A stretch of DNA of 56,887 nt from Octopus bimaculoides (Eukaryota): NCBI RefSeq assembly GCF_001194135.2, contig NC_069006.1:705509-762395 (forward strand). Direction: 5' to 3'. The translations under genes and the position numbers were made by a program. Under the pieces are notes generated by a model. The model saw only the letters and a list, made by a program, of their open reading frames with translations, searched no databases and had not been told where the DNA came from. This document shows positions 25,738-39,800 of the stretch, piece after piece. The first letter of the stretch is position 1; every line of letters starts with the position of its first letter.

Positions 25738-26417
25738 CTGCAAAAGAAGAGAAAGAGACATCGTTATAATCATCATCATCATCATTATTGAGTAAAAGAG
25801 CAGCACACGCCATCAGAGTGACAAAGTACAAATATATCAAACCCCACTATACCCATCATGACTACGCGTCTGATAAGGGTACACCAGGCACATGCATCAC
25901 AACCATATGTCTTTGATATGGTGATTTCATATCAAGATTAACAGTACATGACCTCGCAGGTGGGGCCCAGTTAGAATTGTCTTCAGGCTGAGTAGCTCAT
26001 CTCGCTCAAAAGGTCCCTGAATAAGGGTTGTTTAAGGATGGCGAACGAAACACTGATATTTCCAGAGATGAATTATTCAAACCCCAAAGAATTCATCTCA
26101 ACACATGGCTATGATGTTCCTCCACAACCTCTGCTCATATCGTCAGCTAATAAGGGATATGCTCAACTGGTTAAGATCAAGCAACTGACAAACAAACCTG
26201 TGGTATCATTCGGCAGAATATTTGCTGCAGCCCTTTTTGGGGTTAATTTAATAATCAGGCAACATCGATTTGATGAATTGAGTGAGCTAATACACAACAC
26301 ATACAGTGGATCACTATAAACAAATTATTTGTGCAGGTCGTTTGGCAAAAGCTGAAAAGCTCATATGTCGTCTTTGACAGGAACGTTTATTACTACTACT
26401 ACTACTACTACTACTAC

Positions 26418-26453
<36 letters not shown>

Positions 26454-26757
26454 TACTACTACTACAACACAATAAGAAGAGTGTGATGCAATATGTAATA
26501 AAATAAAGATTGATTTTGTTTATTGAACTGAAAAATATTTCAACAGCATGTTTGTCTGTCTGTCTGCAGGTTCGAAATGGAACATGAAAAATTCACAGAA
26601 ATATAGAAATTCAGAATTTCAACTGGATTATTGTTCCTAGACACGAAGACGTCATCGTGTTTTTGCTTGTTCATAATAATGAGTAAAAACAAGGCAAAAG
26701 AAAAAAAAAAGAAAAGAAAAGTAAAAAGAACTATGGAAAAAAAAAAGAAAAAAAATT

Positions 26758-28205
26758 CATGGGCCCAGGCATGGCTGAGTGGAAAGAAGCTTGTTTCCCA
26801 AACCACATGGAGTTGCAGGTTCAGTCCCACTGCAAAGCACCTTGGGTAAGTGTCTTCTACTATAGCCTAGAGCCGGCCAAAGCCTTCTGAGTGAATTTAG
26901 TAGATGGAAACTGAAAGCAGCCCATCGCATATATGTGTGTGTGTGTGTATACACACACACACACATATATAGAAAAGACCAGGAGTGGCTGTGTGGTAAG
27001 AAGCTTGCTTCCCAACCACATGGCTCCAAGTTCAGTCCCACTGTGTGGCACCTTGGGCAAGTGTCTTCTGCAATAGCCTTGGACTGTCCAAAGCCTTGTG
27101 AGTGGATTTGGTAGACGGAAACTGAAAGAAGCTTATCATATATGTGTGCTATGCACTCAGAAGGCTCTGCTATAAATCAAGCATAGGTGCTCTGCTGGGG
27201 AAAAAGAAAAGGAGTTGTCTCTGGACATGGGTAGTTCATGTCTTCTTTGTGTCCCTGAAATCTTGTTCTGTTTAAAGAAGGTGGCATCTTTGTGTTGGTG
27301 CAGCTTTGCCAGACAGGATGGTCTGCCTTGAGGCAGATTCTCTATGTTTGGATGCTCTTCCAGTTGCTCACCTTCACCTGTTACCAAGCAACGTAACATT
27401 TCCCAATGGCCAAACATGTTCATGCAGAATATTAGAAACGAATGGCACAGCTTGTACAACAGTGACACCCATTCACTTCTACCACACAAGACAACGACAA
27501 TACACACATCTGCACACTAACGAGTCATTAATTATGAATTTTTCGTTTGTTTGGTTTTGTTCAATTTTTCCATTTGCTATGTTAAATCTGTGAAATATTC
27601 ATGTTATGCAACGCACTCCCAATATTTTTACACACACACACACACATTCTTTTACTTGTTTCAGTCATTTGACTGTGGCCATGCTGGAGCACCGCCTCTA
27701 GTTGAAGAAATCAAGACTTAGTCATTGTAAGCTGAACAATTATTCTATTCGTCTATTTTTGCCAAACCATTAAGTTACGGGGATGCAAACACACCGACAT
27801 TGGTTGTCGAGTGATAGTGGAGGGACAAACACAGACACACACAAAAATATATATATTCATATATACGATGGGCTTCTTCCAGTTTCTGCCTCCCGAATCC
27901 ACTCACAAAGCTTTGGACAGTCTGAGGCCATAGTAGAAGACGCTTGCCCAAGTTACCATGAAGTGAGACTGAACCTGGGACCATATGGCTGGGAAGCAAG
28001 CTTCTTACCACACAGCCACGTCTAATATGTATACATATATATAAATGTATATATTACGAGTGGTGGGCTTCATTTAGTTTCTGTCTACCAAATCCACTAA
28101 CACGGCATTGCTTAGCCTGGGAATATAGAGGACACGTGCCCAATGTACCGTGCACTGAGACTGAACTCAGACCCATGTAGTTATGAAGCAAACTTTTTAA
28201 CCACA
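26758..28205. mobile_element. Cluster of SINE family A copies: two + heads (26758-26930, 26980-27140), one - full copy (27649-28022), one - head (28062-28205)
   Basis: Each aligns by eye to the 17478-17855 copy. Confidence 0.75.
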
Positions 28206-28455
28206 CAGACACACAGACACACATGTCTATACATGTGTGTGTGCTTGCACCTATACACACACACACACGTATAGACATGCAGTGGAGTAAAATCAGGGCA
28301 TTGATTTGTGTCCCTAATGAAAAGAAAAGGACAGCACCAACAGAACTGAAATGAGTAATCAAGTGAATATGATGCACTAAAAAGAGCTGATGAAGGTACT
28401 GCTCCAGCATGGGCACAGTGCAAATGACTGAAACAAGTAAAGGAATCATTTCAAA

Positions 28456-28509
<54 letters not shown>

Positions 28510-29195
28510 NNNNNNNNNNNNNNNNNNNNNNNNNNNNNNNNNNNNNNNNNNNNNNNNNNNNNNNNNNNNNNNNNNNNNNNNNNNNNNNNNNNNNNNNNNN
28601 NNNNNNNNNNNNNNNNNNNNNNNNNNNNNNNNNNNNNNNNNNNNNNNNNNNNNNNNNNNNNNNNNNNNNNNNNNNNNNNNNNNNNNNNNNNNNNNNNNNN
28701 NNNNNNNNNNNNNNNNNNNNNNNNNNNNNNNNNNNNNNNNNNNNNNNNNNNNNNNNNNNNNNNNNNNNNNNNNNNNNNNNNNNNNNNNNNNNNNNNNNNN
28801 NNNNNNNNNNNNNNNNNNNNNNNNNNNNNNNNNNNNNNNNNNNNNNNNNNNNNNNNNNNNNNNNNNNNNNNNNNNNNNNNNNNNNNNNNNNNNNNNNNNN
28901 NNNNNNNNNNNNNNNNNNNNNNNNNNNNNNNNNNNNNNNNNNNNNNNNNNNNNNNNNNNNNNNNNNNNNNNNNNNNNNNNNNNNNNNNNNNNNNNNNNNN
29001 NNNNNNNNNNNNNNNNNNNNNNNNNNNNNNNNNNNNNNNNNNNNNNNNNNNNNNNNNNNNNNNNNNNNNNNNNNNNNNNNNNNNNNNNNNNNNNNNNNNN
29101 NNNNNNNNNNNNNNNNNNNNNNNNNNNNNNNNNNNNNNNNNNNNNNNNNNNNNNNNNNNNNNNNNNNNNNNNNNNNNNNNNNNNNNNNNNNNNNA

Positions 29196-29380
29196 CACAT
29201 AAAAGCACCCACTACACTCTCTGAGTGGTTGGCGTTAGGAAGGGCATCCAGCTGTAGAAACTCTGCCAAATTAGATTGGAGCCTGGTGTAGCCATCTGGT
29301 TTCACCAGTCCTCAGTCAAATCGTCCAACCCATGCTAGCATGGAAAGCGGACGTTAAACGATGATGATGATGATGATGAT
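29196..29380 (+). mobile_element. SINE/LINE-tail family C ending in (GAT)n
   Basis: gttggcgttaggaagggcatccagctgtagaaac...ccaacccatgctagcatggaaagcggacgttaaacgatgatgat. Other copies at about 3705-3895, 33320-33510, 33885-34110, 40870-40955, 42645-42840, 47255-47352. Confidence 0.75.
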
Positions 29381-29772
29381 GTATATATATATACATACAC
29401 ATATACAATGTATACACACACACACACACACATTGGTGTTATCAGTATGCTCACAGCTGAATGTCTGATACAAGAAAAAGATATATACAGTCATAAAACC
29501 ATATACACTCACAAGACCATTGATAAGACCACAAATTTATATGCATATATGTATGTATATATACATGCATACATATACATGTATATATATACATATATAT
29601 ATATACATACATACACATATACATACATACATATATATATATACATACATACACATATACATACATACATATATATACATATATATATACATTTATACAT
29701 ATATATATATACGTTTATACATATATACACACATACATATATATACACATACATATATATGTACATATACAA

Positions 29773-29830
<58 letters not shown>

Positions 29831-30235
29831 NNNNNNNNNNNNNNNNNNNNNNNNNNNNNNNNNNNNNNNNNNNNNNNNNNNNNNNNNNNNNNNNNNNNNN
29901 NNNNNNNNNNNNNNNNNNNNNNNNNNNNNNNNNNNNNNNNNNNNNNNNNNNNNNNNNNNNNNNNNNNNNNNNNNNNNNNNNNNNNNNNNNNNNNNNNNNN
30001 NNNNNNNNNNNNNNNNNNNNNNNNNNNNNNNNNNNNNNNNNNNNNNNNNNNNNNNNNNNNNNNNNNNNNNNNNNNNNNNNNNNNNNNNNNNNNNNNNNNN
30101 NNNNNNNNNNNNNNNNNNNNNNNNNNNNNNNNNNNNNNNNNNNNNNNNNNNNNNNNNNNNNNNNNNNNNNNNNNNNNNNNNNNNNNNNNNNNNNNNNNNN
30201 NNNNNNNNNNNNNNNNNNNNNNNNNNNNNNNNNNN

Positions 30236-30273
<38 letters not shown>

Positions 30274-30378
30274 GTATATACATATATATATATGTATGTA
30301 TATATTTACATACACAATATACACTCATATTCATATACATACACACATACATAGATGATGTATGTCTATGTATATATA

Positions 30379-30429
<51 letters not shown>

Positions 30430-30844
30430 GCACAAATATATACACATATTCACATTCGTATATACACATGCACATAGACGTGTATGTATGTATATATATT
30501 ATATATATATATGGAAAAGAGACAGAGATAAGCATATACATCTGTACAGGCGTACAGACAGACACATATACATAATGCATTGTATAACAGAGACACACAC
30601 AAACAGACAAACTGTAACAAAAGAACGAATTCAGTTCAAAACAGCCTCAAGGTATTGTAGCTACTACAACACTAACACTGCCTCTACCACCACCACCACC
30701 ACCACCACCATCCCAGTAGCATATGATTACCCTAGTAGCAGCATCACCACCACTGCTGCTGCTACTACTACCACCACTACTACTGCAGCCTATACCACCA
30801 CTACTATGTTTGAATAAAAGACAGGATGTCATGGCTGGAGTGAC

Positions 30845-31215
30845 TCTGATCGTAAGTATGATGGATTAGGAGCAACCTGGGGCTAAACAGCAATAAGGAA
30901 GGGTACACTAGATAATGTAGTCCAAGATACATTATGCCTGAATGAAAGATGGGATGGTCAGAATTGGAACATCTTCAATCATAGATACAATGCATCAGGA
31001 CTGACCTGGGGTTAAGCAACAAGGAAGGCCACATTAGATGATGTAGTCCAAGGTATACTATGCCTCAACCAGAGCAGAGATGGTTGTACCTGGAGCATCT
31101 TTGATCATAAGTGTGATGGATCAGGATTGACCTGGGGTTAAATAACACGGTAGAGCACATTAGATAATGTAGTCTAAGATACACTATGCCTCAGCAAAAG
31201 ATGGGATCATCACAA
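30845..31215 (+). repeat. Degenerate ~128-bp tandem repeat, 3 copies
   Basis: acctgggg at 30875, 31004 and 31130, each followed by cacattagataatgtagtccaagatacactatgcct. Confidence 0.75.
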
Positions 31216-32012
31216 GTGATTTATCAGCACCACCAGTACCGATACTACTACCACTAGTGCTACTACCACCACCACCACCACCACCACCACAGTGTAATCA
31301 CTGTTGCCAATACTTTTATCACCACTACTGGCAGACCACCATTACTACCACACTATGCTACGACCTCTACCACAGCATAACTGGTACCATAGCACTGCTA
31401 TTACAACTACTACCACAACTGTACACAGCTAAGGGACACGGGGGGGGGGGGTACAGGGAGTTTTACATGTTTGGAAAATGTAAATAAGAGGGGAGGGGGA
31501 CGAGCATAGTTTCTTCTATGGACGGTGGAGGTGGTGGTAGTAGTGGTTGTGGTGATTGTGGTAGTTGTAGTGATGGTGTTGCAGTTGCAGCTGATGATGA
31601 TGGTGGTGATGATGATGATGCTGGTGATGATAAATCCAAGGTGGAACATGGTCAGACAATGTAAAACAGTTTGGTTTTATTTGCCAAGCAAATATATTGC
31701 AATTGTTTGGGGTTTTATTAAACCGACTGTTTGTGTGGTATGGTTGTTGTTGTGGTTGTTGTTGGTGGTGGTGGTGGTGCTGGTGATAGTAGTGTAGGCT
31801 ACCACTGTGGTGTATCTGACTGTCATTGATGTGGTTGTTATTGCAGTGGTGGGGTGTATGGATGATGTAGAGGTTCCGAGACATAGGAATCATAATGTTA
31901 TCTACTGTAGGCACAAGGTCTGAAATTTATGGGAGCGGGGATAGAAAATTACATTGACCCTAGTGCTCGACTGGATTATTATATTATCAACCTCGAAAGG
32001 ATGATAGGCAAA

Positions 32013-32052
<40 letters not shown>

Positions 32053-32383
32053 GAGGACTCAGAGAGCACAAACCTCCGTCAAGGCAACACCAATGTCCTC
32101 TCAATGATTAGCCAGAGATGATTTTAAAAATGAGAATATCTGAAATAAACTTGACTGCTCTCACAAATGAGAATACTAAAAATGAACCGGATTGCTCTCC
32201 AAAATAAAAAAAAACAAACAAACAAAAAAGAACCCCAGAAAAATAATCCAGAATGCTTGTCCGGTACCGGATCGATCCTAAAATCTAATCAGTTCATGTC
32301 AGTTACGAGTCCAAACATCCCTGAAAGTTTCATCTGAATCCATCCAGTGGTTCTTGAGATATCTTGTCCATGGACAAACAAAC

Positions 32384-32928
32384 AATATAGTGTGGGGAAT
32401 CACTGGGACTCCCATAGTTATATTAAGAATATAGCATGGAGAGTCACTGAGAGTCCCATAGTTATATTAAGAATATAGCATGGAGAGTCACTGGGACTCC
32501 CATAGTTATATTAAGAAATATAGTGTGGGGAGTCATTGGGACTCCCAAGGTTAAATTAAGAATATAGCATGGAGAGTCACTGAAACTCCCATAGTAATAT
32601 TAAGAATATAGCATGGAGAGTCGCTGGGACTCCCAATGGTTATATTAAGTACATAGCTTGGAGAGCTACCAGGACTCCCAAAGTTAAATTAAGAATATGG
32701 CATGGAGAGTTACTGGGACTCCCATGGATATATAAAGAGTATAGCGTGGGGAATCAGCTGGGACTCATGTCGTTATATTAAGAATATTGAATGAGGAGTC
32801 ACCAGGACTCTCATGGTTATATTAAGAATATAGTATGGGGAGTCACCAGGACTTCCCTGATTATATTAAGAATATAATCAGGGGAGTCACTACACATAGT
32901 ATATTAAGAATGTAGCATAGAGAGTAAC
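32384..32928. repeat. 44-bp tandem array, ~12 diverging copies
   Basis: Unit ggagagtcactgggactcccatagttatattaagaatatagcat. Period of 44 measured between 32401 and 32445. Confidence 0.9.
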
Positions 32929-33038
32929 ATGTAGACAAAAATGTTAAAAAACACATGTAGGAAGATGTAATCCCAGAAAGACAGCATTTGAAAAATCAAA
33001 ACAAAAACAACACCACATAAATGTAATGGTTAACTTAC

Positions 33039-33199
33039 CATAGGGTCCTTGCCCATAACCTTTATCACATTCTCTGTTGGGCACACAGGCCCTCTGGTCC
33101 TCATTTTCAAAGTGGTACCCTTCAAAGCACATACAGTCGGCATCTCGAACGGTACTCCCATGGTGCTGGTATTTCATGAAACGTTGTGTACACACCTTC
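33039..33199 (-). CDS. TNF receptor superfamily-like gene, internal exon A (cysteine-rich domains)
   Basis: Acceptor tctttgttcttgcAG|G and donor TATG|GTaagt. The 161 nt = 1+159+1 encode KVCTQRFMKYQHHGSTVRDADCMCFEGYHFENEDQRACVPNRECDKGYGQGPY, with TNFR-type Cys spacing (C..D..C.C..GY...C.P...C..G.G). The phase-1 end matches the next exon. Confidence 0.88.
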
Positions 33200-35474
33200 C
33201 TGCAAGAACAAAGAGACCAGGTTGTTAGTGACATCTTATATATATACATACATAAAAATACATATAAATACATGCAGATCCTCTCAAGAGATCTTTGTCT
33301 TACAAGTTATCTGGTGACTCTGCCAGTGCTGGTGCCACATATAAAGAACATCCAGTCTACACTGTAAATTTGTTGGTATTGTGAAGGGCATCCAGCTGTA
33401 AAATCCATGCCAAAACAGTGATGTCTTCTGGCTAGCCAGCTCCTGTCAGACTGTCCAACCCATGCCCGCATGGAAAACAAATGCTAAGTTATGATGATGA
33501 TGATGATATTTATATCTTTTATTTCTCTGCAGCCATGAAGGGTTTTAGTCAAACGAATTGACCCCACCCCCAATACTTATTTATCTATTTATTCTTCTTT
33601 TTTTAAATCTGGTACTTATTCTATCAGTCACTTTTGCTGCATAGCTAAGTTATGAAGACATAAATAAATCGAAACTGGGGAGACAAACACACATACAAAC
33701 ATATATACACACACAACAGGCTTCCACACAGTTTCCATCAACCAAATTCACTTCCAAAGTATTGGTTGGCCTGAGGCTATAACAGAAATATTTACCCAAG
33801 GTTCTGTGCAAGAGTAAATGCCAAATCCCATGGTGCAAAGCAAGCCTTTTAGCCACCCAGCCAAGGTAGAGTATATGATATATATCATCATCATCGTTTA
33901 ACGTCCGCTTTTCATGCTGGCATGGGTTGGACGGTTTGACTGGGGGCTGGTGAGCCAGAAGGCTGCACCAGGCTCCAATCCGATCTGGCAAAGTTTCTAC
34001 AGCTGGATGTCCTTCCGAATGCCAACCACTCCGAGAGTGTAGTGGGTGCTTTTACGTGCCACCTACACAGGAGCCAGTCCAGCAGCACTGGCAACACCCT
34101 CGCTTGAATGCTGTTTTTCCTGTACCACCGATATATATATATATGTATATATATAACTTGGTGTGGAGCTCAATTCACTTATACTTCAGAATGAAGCGTT
34201 GGTCAAGTTCAGAGAGGTAATAAGAAAATGAGATGAGAAAGGGATAAATGGTTATCTTATGAACTTCAGTAGCTTACAGCTGTTTCTGCTTGATGAAGCT
34301 CGGGTAATATTTCTCTTCCTCTGCTCTGGACATGCTTCCACAGGAGGTTGCAAATAAACAGCACCACTCGTTTGATGGTGATGTTTGTTTACAATTTGAA
34401 AACAATGTCAAAACAGAGACACATACACACACACACACACACCTATGCAGGGACAGACAAATCACACACACACACACGCATGCACGCACGCACACACACG
34501 CACACACACACACACACACAAAGGTGACAAACTGGGAGAGTTAGTAGTACGTCAAGTAAAATGCTCATTGGCATTTTCTTCCAGTTTGACATTCTGGGTT
34601 CAAATTCCGTCAAGGTTAGCTTTGCTTTTCATCCTTTAGGGTCGGTGAAAAAGTACCAGTTATGTAGTAAGGTTGATGTAATCGACTAGTCCCCACCCCA
34701 CCCCACACTAGCCCCCAAATTTCAGGCCTTGTGCCAATAGCAGAAATGATTATTACAATAATTATTATTAAGGTGATAAGCTAGAAGAATTGTTCGGATG
34801 CTGGACCAAAAACGCTTCACAATGTTTCGCCTAAATTAAGTACCAGTTGCGTACTGGGTCAATGTAATTGACTATCTCCCTACCCCAAATTTCAGGCCTT
34901 GTACCATTAGCAGAATGGATTATTATTATTATAACAGGGTGCTGGGTTGCTACATTACCACCAGGTGGATCACCATGTTTTTAGAGACGTGCACAACGCT
35001 GCATGCTGGGAAGGCAAAGATCTGCTTGAATATTTGAACAGTTCTGCCTTCTTGGGATGGTAGAGGCAGTAGTGGTGGTAGTGGTGGTGGTGTAACTGGT
35101 ACTGATAATGGAGGAGATGGTGGTAGTGATGCCGCTGTGATTGTAATTGATGATGTTGGCAATAGTAGTAGTAGTAGTAGTAGCGATAGTGGTATGAGAG
35201 AGTGTTGAAGTATAGGCAAGAGTAGGTCAAGGAGGGTTGAGTATGTTCAACGTAGTTGGTTGCTAGGCAGGTGCTTGTGTATATAATGATACACACACAC
35301 ACACACACACACACAGATGCATAGATGCACTGTGTGCATACTCACTCTTGTGTCTCTTAGCATTTGTAAATGTCTGCGTGTGTATATATAGATACACATA
35401 CATCTTTTATGTGTGTGTGTACAAACGTGTTGGTGTGTGTGCACATGAACTGCATACATATGTACTCTTAGATA

Positions 35475-35674
35475 CTTTTACTCGTTTCAGTCATTTGACT
35501 GCAGCCATGCTGGAGCACCGCCTTTTTTGGTCAAACAAATGAACCTTGGGATTTATTCTTTTAAACCTCGTGCTTATTCTATCAGTTTGTTTTGCCGAAC
35601 CACTAAGTTACGAGAATATGAACGCACCAACATCAGTTGTCAAGTGGTTATAGGGACACAAGCACACACACAGC

Positions 35675-35726
<52 letters not shown>

Positions 35727-35885
35727 TATACATACACGGCAGTAACTTCTGCCTACCAAATTCAATCACAAAGATTCCGTCGGTCCAGGGCTATAGCAGA
35801 AGACACTTGCCCAAGGTGCCACACGGTGGGACTGAACCCAAGACCATGTAGCTGGGAAGCAAGCTTCCTAACCACACAGCCATGC

Positions 35886-35925
<40 letters not shown>

Positions 35926-35935
35926 NNNNNNNNNN

Positions 35936-35971
<36 letters not shown>

Positions 35972-36134
35972 TATGATAAGCTTCTTTCAGTTTCCGTCTA
36001 CCAAATCCACTCACAAGGCTTTGGTCAGCCCGAGGCTATAGTAGAAGACACTTGACCAAGGCGCCACGTAGTGGGACTGAACCCAGGACCATGTGGTTGG
36101 TAAGCAAGCTACTTACCACACAGCCACTCCTGCG

Positions 36135-36135
<1 letters not shown>
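35475..36135 (-). mobile_element. SINE family A: full copy (35475-35888) plus tandem head (35985-36135)
   Basis: Same head and tail motifs. Other approximate copies: 3490-3700, 7640-8079, 8900-9030, 12397-12535, 13657-13820, 21660-21860, 22382-22520, 33590-33870, 37605-38000, 47795-48000, 48855-49035, 50660-50932, 54050-54268, 55375-55518. Confidence 0.75.
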
Positions 36136-36197
<62 letters not shown>

Positions 36198-36539
36198 ATG
36201 TATCTAGCGCAACCCTACGCTCATCTAGTACATTCAACTCAAGGTATTGGTTGTCTTGATATTAGAGTCAAAGACATGGATTAAATCTGGACCCATGCAG
36301 CTGAGGTGGTGATAATGATGATGATAATGCTGGTGACAGTGATGTGGTGGTGACCATGGTGATGCTTCGTGCTAATGATGGTTGTGAAGACACTGATGGT
36401 GGTGGTGGTGATGCTTGTGTCGGTGATGCTTGTGATGATGGGGATGATGATGATGATGGTGGAGGGGGCTGTTGTACATAAGACATGATAGGCTGTTACG
36501 TGTGTTCATGTTTTCTGCATATAATATTTATATATATAT

Positions 36540-36619
<80 letters not shown>

Positions 36620-36824
36620 TATATATATGAGAGAGAGAGAGTGAGAGAGAGAGAGAGAGAGATTAGAAAATATATATACATAAAAGTAGATAATTCCCTC
36701 TTTCTCTCTATACATACATGTGTGTGGATTCATATACACATATATGTATTTATAGAGTTAAAAATTTGTATATGTATATGTGTATATTTGTATGTATCTA
36801 TCTATATGTACATACATGTTTGTA

Positions 36825-36861
<37 letters not shown>

Positions 36862-39800
36862 GTGTGTTTAGACATTTGTGTATGTGTGTATATATATATA
36901 TACATATATATAGATATATATATATATGTGTTTAGACATTTGTGTATGTGTATATATACATGTAAATAGTGTAAATATATAAATATACGTTTATACATAT
37001 ATGTATATACACACATACACACACACACGTGCAATATTTTATGTTTAAATTTTGTGAAAACAGAAATTTCCAATAAGTTGCCGTCAGCACAGCTCGGGGA
37101 GCAAGCTAAACACTCATTTATGATAAAAGAAAATATAAGACAGCCACTGTGCCTCCCCAGTCAGCACCCCCCCAACCACACTACACCCCCTCTCCACCCA
37201 ACGAATCACAACAAATCGGTAAACATAATAATTGAATAATATAATGCAAAAAGAAAGAAAAAAAATGACAAAGGAAAAAAGACAGAAAGAAAGAAAAAGA
37301 AAGAAGACAACTATACAAATAAACATAAATGAACATGCTTATGATGATGATACTGATGATAATGATGGTTATGGTGGTGGTGGTGGGGGTTGTGATGGTG
37401 TGCTATTGTTGATGATGATGATGTGGTCATGATGTTTATGATGAAGTTCTTATTTATAATAACGATGATGATGATGCTGGAGGTAGTGGTGTTGGTGATA
37501 GTGGTCTTGTCTATGATGATGATGGTGGTGATGACAGTGACAGATAACGATGGTTAAGGTGGTAGTGGCGGTGGTAATAATGCTGGAAGTATATTTTTTT
37601 AATGTTTTAGTCCTCTGACTGTGGCCATGCTGGTGCACCACCTAAAATGGGTTTCTTTTGTTTAGTCAAACAAATCGATACCCTGGTACTTTCGATTTAA
37701 TTTTTTGCTTATAAAATCTGGTATTTAAATCTATATGTCCGTTCTGAGGTATCGCTAAGCCACAAGGATGTAAACAGACCAACACCAGTTACCAAGTGGG
37801 AGGTAGGACAAACACTGCCCCCTTCTCCAAATACACACACACATCACACACCTGACAGGCCACCACTACTAACTATACTCACAAGGCACTGGTCAGCCTG
37901 GAGCAATAACAAGCAGAAGACGACTAGCCTAAGGTGCCAGACAGAGGGACTGAACCCCAAACCCATGGTTACATACTAAGCTTCATGACCACACAGCCAT
38001 ATACATGATTATGATGATTGACAGTAGTGATGGTCACTTGTGGAGAGGAAATGGTGGTAGTAGTGATCCTGAACACACACAGCTGTTGTTTAGCATCCGC
38101 CGTCACTTACCCCCTGCATCCCAGATTCATTTCAAGCAGACCTTCATCGAAAGTAGTTCCAGCCATGACCATCCCGGCTGTTTCTTATGCACAAGGAACA
38201 CATGGCCATGTTATCTAACAGGTCAGTTTCTTTTCCACGAGTGATCTGAGTAAGATTTGGCTGCTATATCTAGCAAGCTGTATGACCACATAAAGCCTCC
38301 CCTGTTCGCTTCATTAAACGACACTTATTGAAGATGGTGATGGTGATGATGGTGATGATGATGGTGGTTGTGACAATGGTGGCACTGTTGATGAACACGA
38401 TGATGGTCATGGTGAACGTAGTGGTGGTGGTGGAGATGATGATGATGATGGTGATGAACATAGTGTTGGGGGGGGGTTGATTGTAAAGATATACATGGTG
38501 GATGGTGATGGTGGTAACAGCAACAGAATAAATGTGGTAGTGGTGGTAATAGTAGCAGAAGTAGAAGTAATGGTAGTAATAGCAGTAGTAGTAATAGTGG
38601 TTGTGGTGGTAGTGTTAGTAGTAGTGGCTGTAGCAACAGTGGTATTGGTGGTAGTTGTGGTGGTATAACCTTTTGTTATATTACATACAGAATTTCGTTA
38701 CAAGAAAATGCAATGATGATGATGATGGTGGTGAACGCTGGTGGTGCCGTCCATAATGGACATTATGACTGTGATGGTACATGGCAGCAGTGATGGTGGC
38801 AGTGATGGTGGCAGCGTTGGTGAAAGCTTTTGTTTTATTCTCCAAGTCTGCTAGAAGAAGCAATGGCGCCATTCCATCCCGTCTCACCACAACTTATTAA
38901 CATCTCAGAACTGTTTATGGTTTTTATTGATTACAGTTTCTCTTAGAAGTACCGATTACAAAGACAGAATTCACTGCTGATCTGTTTCTGGTGTGTGTGT
39001 GTAGAGGGGGGGGCATGCGTGTGGGGGTGGGTCAGGTCGGGTTGGGTGTGGGTTTGTGGGTGGTATATGCTGTGTTTGATATACATGTATATTTGTGTAC
39101 ATATACCCACTGTTCACCCGTGTGTATGTATATGAGAGAGCATGTGTGTATGTATGTATATATGTGTGTGTGTATGTGTGTATATATATGTATGTAAATG
39201 TGTGTGTGTGTGTGTGTGTGTGCAATGTACATATGCATGTATATGTGTATGTGTGAATATATGTGCGCATGTAGTGTACATATATGTGTGTGTTTGTGTA
39301 TATAAATATGTATGTATATATATGTGTATATGTACACGTAAACATGTGTAGTTATGTGTGTGTGTGTGCGTGTGTGGACATACGCGAGATGGGAGAGGAA
39401 AGGCAAAGAGGCGAGACAGCATGTCTGTGGAGGAATGGCTAGACCACGTTAACAAGAGACCCCTATGTCATTCAGTCAAGTGTCCTTTCCCTTGATGCAG
39501 TCTGGGATGTCTGTGTGTCTAACAGCAGGGACCATCCTGGATGTAGGGTCAGTAACTCCATTGAGGGGTCACCTCAGCTTTGTTAAGCAGCTTGTTTTTT
39601 GTTTAGCTTGTTTATTCGTTTCAGTTATTTGACTATGGTCAAGCTGGAGCACTGCGCTGCAGAGTTTTGTTCAGTGGTTCTGAACCAATTTAAAAAAATT
39701 TTTTTTTACTTATGGATCCCTTAGATTCCTGTCCTTAGGGAATGAGATGGGGAAGGGGATATAAATGTACTCAGTAAAATTTTTGTAGGACAATGAAAAC

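Noticed and set aside
27157-27507. 116-aa minus-strand ORF
   Set aside because: No splice signals or domain. At best it is a decayed LINE 3' fragment (…PQGRP…).
32384-32928. CRISPR-like appearance of the palindromic 44-bp array
   Set aside because: There are no unique spacers (the whole unit repeats), no cas genes, and the context is a eukaryotic intron.
34274-34400. Phase-2 donor at 34277 as the upstream TNFR exon
   Set aside because: The compatible frame (EEEKYYPSFIKQKQL) lacks the expected cysteines and has no clear acceptor.
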